Below, piece by piece: positions 58,201 to 64,000 of a stretch of DNA of 64,000 nt. Source of the DNA: a virus. The position numbers and the translations under genes were made by a program. The stretch is taken from positions 46,098 to 110,097 of IMG/VR virus record IMGVR_UViG_3300039191_000589; one strand, written 5' to 3'. The notes below the pieces were generated by a model. It did no database searches. It saw only the letters and a program-made list of their open reading frames with translations, and was not told where the DNA came from. The first letter of the stretch is position 1. Each line of letters starts with the position of its first letter.

Positions 58201-59572
58201 TTTAGTTGGTAGAGAAGGTTTTGCTCAAGCCGATACTACAACATATACAGGACATGCTGTTTTTATAGATGATGAAAAATTATATCTTGGTTCAGATAAT
58301 AATTATTTGTACATCTTTGATAAAAATAATTTAAGTTCAGAAACTCATTTTTCTGATACAAGTTACTCTATAAAATCAGTTTATGTTGACAATAATTATA
58401 TTTATGTTGGTAGTTAATATGAATTTATGATTTATAACAAAAGTGACTACTCATTAAATACTAAAATAACTGATTTGGGTAATTATATATATGGATTAAC
58501 TGCTGATGATTCTTACATTTATGTTGGAACATCAAATGGTGACTTTTATATATATAACAAATCAGATTTTACCATTAATACATCATTAACTCCTGCTAGT
58601 GTAGTATATTCTATCTCTTATGATGAGAATTATATTTACTTAGGTTGTGCAGATAATGATAATGTTTATATTTACAACAAGTCGGACTTTACTCTTAATA
58701 CCCAACTAAGTGAACCAGATGATGCAGTTTGGTCTGTTGATAATGATGAAAACTATGTATATGCATCATCTCAAGATAACAATGTTTATGTATATAATAA
58801 GTCTGACTTTACACTTAATACAATTCTAACTGACTCAACTGTTCTTGTTAGAAGTTTGTGTGTTGATAATGAGTACTTGTACTCTGGTAATGATAATGGT
58901 AAAGTGTTTATATATGACAAATCAGATTTTTCATTATTTACAACTATAACAGATTATAGTTCTTACATAGAGGATATTTATTCTAGTGGAACTGAATTAT
59001 CATTCGTAGGTTTTTCTATGAGTTCAATACCTATTTACACTGCACCAATGTCTGGTAGAAAAGATTCTGTTTTATACCCTAACTTAACAGTGTTTGGTGG
59101 TAAGACTGGTGACGTTTATCATAACGACCTCTACAAAATAGATAATGGAACAGCTACTAAACTAGGTGATTTCTCACATCTACCAGAAACAAGAAGTAAT
59201 TCAGTAGTAGCTGGTGATTTAATTTTTGGAGGACAAGATAACTCTACAGTTTATAATGATCTCTGGAATTTAAAAGAAATAGAAGTAGGAGTTTATGGTG
59301 GAGAATATAGATGGTTATATGAAATAATTAAATACCTTTTAGATAATAATGGAAATATAAAAACATTGGATAATAATAGTTTAATAAATTTAAATTCAAA
59401 AAGTGAGGATAGTTTTAAAAATAATGGAATATCAGATTTATCTAATTTAAAAACTACTGTTTCTAACAATAAAACAGAATTAAATCAAAATATTTTAGGA
59501 AATGGTATGGAATTTAATCATGATATTAATTTTAATAATTTAGAAAATATAAATAATATTACTTTAAATTAA
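55274..59572 (+). pseudogene. One ~1430-codon adhesin gene (two beta-helices, beta-propellers, Kelch repeats, C-terminal anchor) interrupted by in-frame TAG (56837) and TAA (58415)
   Basis: Track ORFs 55274, 56951 and 58427 share one frame; sequence after the TAG matches the paralogous motif in 51210; no RBS before 56951 or 58427. Confidence 0.8.
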
Positions 59573-59605
59573 AGATTTTATAAAAATAAATATATGATTA
59601 TATTT

Positions 59606-59637
59606 AAATACTAGGGTTAAGTCCTAGTATTTTTTTT
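59606..59637 (+). terminator. TACTAGG hairpin, copy 3
   Basis: AAATACTAGG / CCTAGTATTT + T run. Confidence 0.8.
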
Positions 59638-59671
59638 ATAAATAATATTTTATAAAAAGAGGTGAAATAAA

Positions 59672-60975
59672 TTGTCTTTATATACAAGTAAAGAAACATT
59701 AATGGAATATATTAGAATGGATATTCCTGATGGGAATCATACATTTCAAACTAATGCTAATAATGAATTAGTAGATATTGATGTAGAATTTGTTAATTAT
59801 TATGATAATGTTACATGGACAGGTGTAGATAATGTAGGAAACACCACTACTGACTCTAGAATGTTAATATTAAAATTTCATGGAGATTTAATAATTGAAT
59901 CAGATGCTAGGTTAAAACCTCAAGTAAGAAAAAAAGGAATGTTTGTATATGTTAATGGAACACTAGAAAATAATGGAACTATTTCAATGACTGCTAGGGG
60001 TGCTAATGCAGAAGGACAAAATGTTTACATTTGTAAAGATGAAAATGATAATCTGCAATACATTCCAGCTACTGGTGGTGGTGGTGGAAATAGAGCATAT
60101 GGTTATGCTGGGGAATCTTCTGTAAATGTAAAAGGTAATAACGGAAATGATGGTAATAATAGAACTACTGGTGGTGGTGGTAGTGGTGGTGTTTATGCTA
60201 GCGGTGGATCAGTGCATCCAGGAGAAGGTGCTTATTCTGGTGCTGGAGCTCATGGTACTTCATATTCTGGTGGTTCTGGTGGTGGTGCTGTATCTTTAAA
60301 TGGAGGACATAGTAATTGGTATGGTGATAATGGTTCACCTAATGGTGGCGCTGGTGGTAGAGGTGATACTTATCAAAAAAGAGACCATTGGCCAACAAGG
60401 CGTGCTGGTGGTGGTGCTGGTAATCCAGGAGGTATGGGTGAAGAAAATTATGATGATGACCCTAGTTACCAAGGTGACAATGGGCAGGTGGATTGTTAAT
60501 TTTAACGGGTAATTTCATTTGTAATAATGGAAATATAAATTCTGAGGGTTGTGATGGTGGATATTATGGTGGTGGTGCTTCTGGAGGAGGTAATATTAAT
60601 ATTTTCTATAATAATTATCAAAATAATGGAAACATTAGTTCTAAAGGGGGAACAGGGGGTTTTCCATCAGAAAGACAAGGTGGTGATGGGGGTAATGGTT
60701 CCATAATTACAACTCCTATTCAATTATTTACTTATAAATACCTTCTAAACGACAATGGAGATATTAAAACATATAATAATGGTTGGAGCACATTAGGAAC
60801 ATCAATCTCAGAAATTATGTTTAAAAACAATGGAATGAATAATATTGCTGTTAGAGAAAACGTTAGTATTTCAGAAAGTATGACTAGCAATAATGTATTA
60901 GATAATGGTATGGAATTTAATCATAATATCAATTTTGATACCTTAGAAAATATAACTACTTTAACTTTAAATTAA
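59672..60975 (+). pseudogene. Glycine-rich fibre/adhesin gene with a one-base frame break near 60484
   Basis: Adding one base at GGG(60482-60484) gives GDNG(A/T)GGLLILTG and joins the Gly-rich domain to the shared C-terminal anchor; no RBS before 60493. Confidence 0.75.
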
Positions 60976-61008
60976 AAAATTTATAAAATTAAATATATGG
61001 TTAAATTT

Positions 61009-61040
61009 AAATACTAGGATTAAGTCCTAGTATTTTTTTT
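61009..61040 (+). terminator. TACTAGG hairpin, copy 4
   Basis: AAATACTAGGA / TCCTAGTATTT + T run. Confidence 0.8.
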
Positions 61041-61073
61041 ATAGGTGATAAAATAATTAAGGAGGTGCTTGTT

Positions 61074-61805
61074 ATGCCTAAAACAACAATTAATGGTGAT
61101 CAGATTCGAGATGCAAATATTAATGATAATCATATTGCTCAAGATGGTATTAATGCTCAAAGAATTATATTTTCTAATGGAGAAAGTATTCCAATGTCAG
61201 AACTTATGACACAAGTCAAAGATAAAGTATATGAACAAGAGGTTCAACAAATAACAAAATTAAATGTTACAGCTAGTAGTACAACTCCTAAAGTGATTGA
61301 ATTGGATTTAAATCAAACTTTAGATTTCAAAAGAAAACCTATTGATGTATTAAAATTAACTTCTGGAGTAGCAGATACAACTAAAACTTTAATGGATTTT
61401 TCTAATGGTGAGGCTGATGATTTTCAAACTAATAATAATATTACTTTTGATGGAAAAATGTATCCTAAAACTGAATATACTGAAACTCCAGTTGACGAAG
61501 GATTATTAAAAAATTATACAACTGATCTTCAAAATGGTAATATTACTTTTGATAATGCTAAAACTGATACTGATACTGTAGAAGCTGATTATATTTATTT
61601 TGATAGTAATAATAATGAGGTTCAAATTAATCAGGAAAGTTTAACTACTAGTGATTATCAAACTTATAATTTTGTTAATGCTCCTATTAAAGAAGGAAGT
61701 ATTGTTTTATATGTAAATGGTACTAAAAAAGATTATGGAAAAGTGTATTCTAAACAAGTTGATTTAACTAATGTTAAATCTTTAGAAAATATTGAATTAA
61801 TATAA
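61074..61805 (+). CDS. Fibre base/adaptor protein, paralogue of 53694
   Basis: TINGDQIRD, QITKLNV, KPIDVLKL; ATG 61074 after GGAGGTG. Confidence 0.7.
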   Translation: MPKTTINGDQIRDANINDNHIAQDGINAQRIIFSNGESIPMSELMTQVKDKVYEQEVQQITKLNVTASSTTPKVIELDLNQTLDFKRKPIDVLKLTSGVADTTKTLMDFSNGEADDFQTNNNITFDGKMYPKTEYTETPVDEGLLKNYTTDLQNGNITFDNAKTDTDTVEADYIYFDSNNNEVQINQESLTTSDYQTYNFVNAPIKEGSIVLYVNGTKKDYGKVYSKQVDLTNVKSLENIELI

Positions 61806-61826
61806 ATAAAATAGAGGTGATTATAA

Positions 61827-62633
61827 ATGGCATTTACTGTATCAAAACATTTATTTAAAACAGCAGAAGGTATTAAAACATATAATTTTAATACTCACAA
61901 TTGGGAAGTGGTATGTAGTGTAGGAAATGAAACTCAAACAATTTTTGAAAATCAAGGGGTAGATGATATAACACAAATCCCTATTGAAAAATTACATGAG
62001 TTATCAGAATCAGATGAATTATTAACCTGGGTAGATGATACTAATAAAACTAGTTTAGAAATTACTGTAGAAGGAACCAAAAATTATTTAAGAGAGTTAG
62101 ATAATCCTAAAATATTAGCTTGGGCAGATGATACAGATAATACTAAACAAGTTAAAACTACTGCTGCCCCTTATGGTCAATTGGTATTACCTAATGATGA
62201 TTTATTAATTAGTGATGTAGATTCTTTTGATTCCTTCTCTGTAACATCAAATATTAGTGGGAATGGTATAATTCGTATAATTGTTTCTGTTGATTCTGGG
62301 GCAACCTGGAAGGTATATAATGGTGGATGGCAAGATATTACAACAGATAAATATGTAGTTAAAGATGGTGGAATGAATATATCTACTTTTAATGGATTAA
62401 CAAGTACTGATTGGAACAACTTAAGAGGTACATCAGATACAATTAGATTTGGATATTATTTAGAAGTTGATAATTCTAGTGATATAGCAGAAACTGATGT
62501 ATTAGAAATGCAAGCAGATATGAAAGGTACTTGGAAAAAATGTAATCCAAATGATTATGATTATGAATATGCTTATAATAATAAAATTGTTGTAAAATTA
62601 TTAGTAGATGGTTCATATAAAATAAATTATTAA
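61827..62633 (+). CDS. Stand-alone YKINY-module protein
   Basis: IKTYNFN..W, PKILAW, VSVDSGATW, IRFGYY, DGSYKINY. Confidence 0.75.
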   Translation: MAFTVSKHLFKTAEGIKTYNFNTHNWEVVCSVGNETQTIFENQGVDDITQIPIEKLHELSESDELLTWVDDTNKTSLEITVEGTKNYLRELDNPKILAWADDTDNTKQVKTTAAPYGQLVLPNDDLLISDVDSFDSFSVTSNISGNGIIRIIVSVDSGATWKVYNGGWQDITTDKYVVKDGGMNISTFNGLTSTDWNNLRGTSDTIRFGYYLEVDNSSDIAETDVLEMQADMKGTWKKCNPNDYDYEYAYNNKIVVKLLVDGSYKINY

Positions 62634-62643
62634 ATTTAATATA

Positions 62644-62679
62644 AAAATAATGGGTACCTATCATAGTACTCATTATTTT
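62644..62679 (+). terminator. Probable terminator hairpin
   Basis: AAAATAATGGGTAC / GTACTCATTATTTT. Confidence 0.55.
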
Positions 62680-62697
62680 ATAAATAGAGGTGATATG

Positions 62698-63669
62698 ATG
62701 TTAAGCCAACATACTGTAGGGATAAATGAGGATGGAACTGTAGTAGGTTGTGGAAATGATTATTATAATCAAGTATCAGGAACATCTAATTGGGCTAATA
62801 TTAAACAAGTTGCTTGTGGTAAAAATCACACAATAGGATTAAAAGAAGATGGAACTGTAATAGGTTGTGGTCAAAATAATTATAATTCAGTTTCTGATGT
62901 ATCTAATTGGAGTAATATTAAACAAATAAGTTGTGGAATTTGGCAGAGTTTTGGATTAAAAGAAGATGGTACGGTTATAGGATGTGGGTATGATAATTAT
63001 AATTCAGTTTCTGGTGTATCTAATTGGAGTGGTATTAAACAAATAGTTGGAGGTAAATTTCATACAATAGGATTAAAAAAAGATGGTACAGTTGTAGGTT
63101 GTGGGCAAGATAGTGATAATCAAGTGTCAGGAACATTTAATTGGACTAATATTAAACAGATTACTTGTGGTGATTATCATACTGTAGGGCTTAAAGAAGA
63201 TGGTATTATAATTGGATGTGGAAGGGATGGTAATAATCAAATATCGGGAACATCAAATTGGAGTAATATTAAACAAATAACTTGTGGTAAATATTTCACA
63301 ATAGGATTAAAAGAAGATAGAACTGCAGTTGGATGTGGAAATGATACTGATAATAGATCATCAGGGGTTAATAATTGGAATATAAATAAATTAATGTCTA
63401 ATTATAAAACTATTTTAATTATATTAAAATATCTTTTAAGTGATAATGATAATATTAAAACATTAGATAACGGTAGTTTAATAGATTTAAATTCAATAAC
63501 AGAAAGTAATTTTAAAGATAATGGAATATCAGATTTATCCAATTTAAAAGCAACTATTTCTAACAATAAATTAGAATTAAATAATAATATTTTAGGAAAT
63601 GGTATGAAATTTAATCATAATATAAGTTTTAGTACTTTAGAAAATGTTAGTAATATTATTTTAAACTAA
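62698..63669 (+). CDS. RCC1-repeat (six 39-aa repeats) adhesin with shared C-terminal anchor
   Basis: HTxGLKEDGTVxGCG...NWxNIKQIxCG repeats; ATG 62695/62698 after AGAGGTG. Confidence 0.88.
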   Translation: MLSQHTVGINEDGTVVGCGNDYYNQVSGTSNWANIKQVACGKNHTIGLKEDGTVIGCGQNNYNSVSDVSNWSNIKQISCGIWQSFGLKEDGTVIGCGYDNYNSVSGVSNWSGIKQIVGGKFHTIGLKKDGTVVGCGQDSDNQVSGTFNWTNIKQITCGDYHTVGLKEDGIIIGCGRDGNNQISGTSNWSNIKQITCGKYFTIGLKEDRTAVGCGNDTDNRSSGVNNWNINKLMSNYKTILIILKYLLSDNDNIKTLDNGSLIDLNSITESNFKDNGISDLSNLKATISNNKLELNNNILGNGMKFNHNISFSTLENVSNIILN

Positions 63670-63682
63670 AGAGGTGGTTTAA

Positions 63683-64000
63683 ATGGAACAAATAAAAATT
63701 AATAATGAGGTTTTAGAATATAATAATATAATCTATGTAGATAGTGTTAATGGTAATGATACTAATGGTGATGGTAATAAAAGTAATCCTTATGCTAGTA
63801 TTAATTATGCTATACAACAAGCCTCTTCAGGTGATGCAATTTATTTAGTTAATGGTACATTCTACCCTCCTATGACAGAATTAGATTCAAGTCGAAGAAG
63901 CGCTGGAATTCATGATTTAAACGGTACAAAAAATTTAACATTTATTGGAAACCCATCTAACTCAAAAATTATTATAGATGGTGGAGCTGCTTCCAGTAGA
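63683..64000 (+). CDS. Beta-helix adhesin, paralogue of 51210 (runs off window)
   Basis: RBS AGAGGTGG; MEQIKINNEVLEYNNIIYVDSVNGNDTNGDGNKSNPY. Confidence 0.8.
   Translation, partial: MEQIKINNEVLEYNNIIYVDSVNGNDTNGDGNKSNPYASINYAIQQASSGDAIYLVNGTFYPPMTELDSSRRSAGIHDLNGTKNLTFIGNPSNSKIIIDGGAASSR

Larger units (their letters stand above)
1..64000 (+). mobile_element. Segment of a large tailed phage or phage-plasmid genome, low-GC Firmicutes host
   Basis: Portal, protease, scaffold, capsid and fibre genes; single-strand gene orientation; AGGAGG/GAGGTG RBSs; no ribosomal or housekeeping operons. Confidence 0.92.

Noticed and set aside
3798-62673. Minus-strand and alternate-frame ORFs of 60-111 aa in the track
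   Set aside because: They lie within longer + strand genes, lack RBSs, and are low-complexity shadows of AT-rich codons
62650-62697. Track start for the RCC1 gene
   Set aside because: ATG 62650 lies in a hairpin without RBS; AGAGGTG supports 62695/62698
62698-63400. 117-bp repeats as diversity-generating retroelement TR/VR
   Set aside because: They are RCC1 blades; differences are not adenine-specific and no reverse transcriptase is in the window
1-64000. tRNA, rRNA, integrase, transposase, terminase, tail sheath/tape measure
   Set aside because: None recognisable by eye in this window; they may lie outside it

Overview
A 64 kb segment of a large, very AT-rich tailed phage (or phage-plasmid) genome with Firmicutes-type Shine-Dalgarno sites. 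Essentially every real gene is on the + strand. Order: M16 peptidase and phage sigma factor; a block of putative head-internal proteins; portal (fused to a MuF-like region), prohead protease, scaffold and HK97-type major capsid protein; an accessory block (HD-GYP phosphodiesterase, dimeric dUTPase, DinG and PcrA/UvrD helicases, DEDD exonuclease, FliN homologue, radical SAM, thymidine kinase, ART-fold protein, SLOG protein); a compact wHTH + tubulin/FtsZ-like + VirB2/VirB6/PrgI/VirB4/VirD4-like cluster; then more than 18 kb of modular fibre/adhesin genes with shared anchor domains. Best candidates for novel biology: (1) the tubulin-linked minimal type IV secretion module in a phage, with no relaxase or cell-wall hydrolase next to it; (2) a recurrent N-terminal MKRLIKK-like tag and a hydrophobic-x-K/R-x-A motif marking probable capsid cargo, including an ART-fold enzyme; (3) HD-GYP plus FliN as possible host motility/cyclic-nucleotide manipulators; (4) a cassette-like adhesin array; (5) several frame breaks and in-frame stops that are recoding, decay or sequencing error. 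All family calls come from motif recognition by eye; no searches were run.
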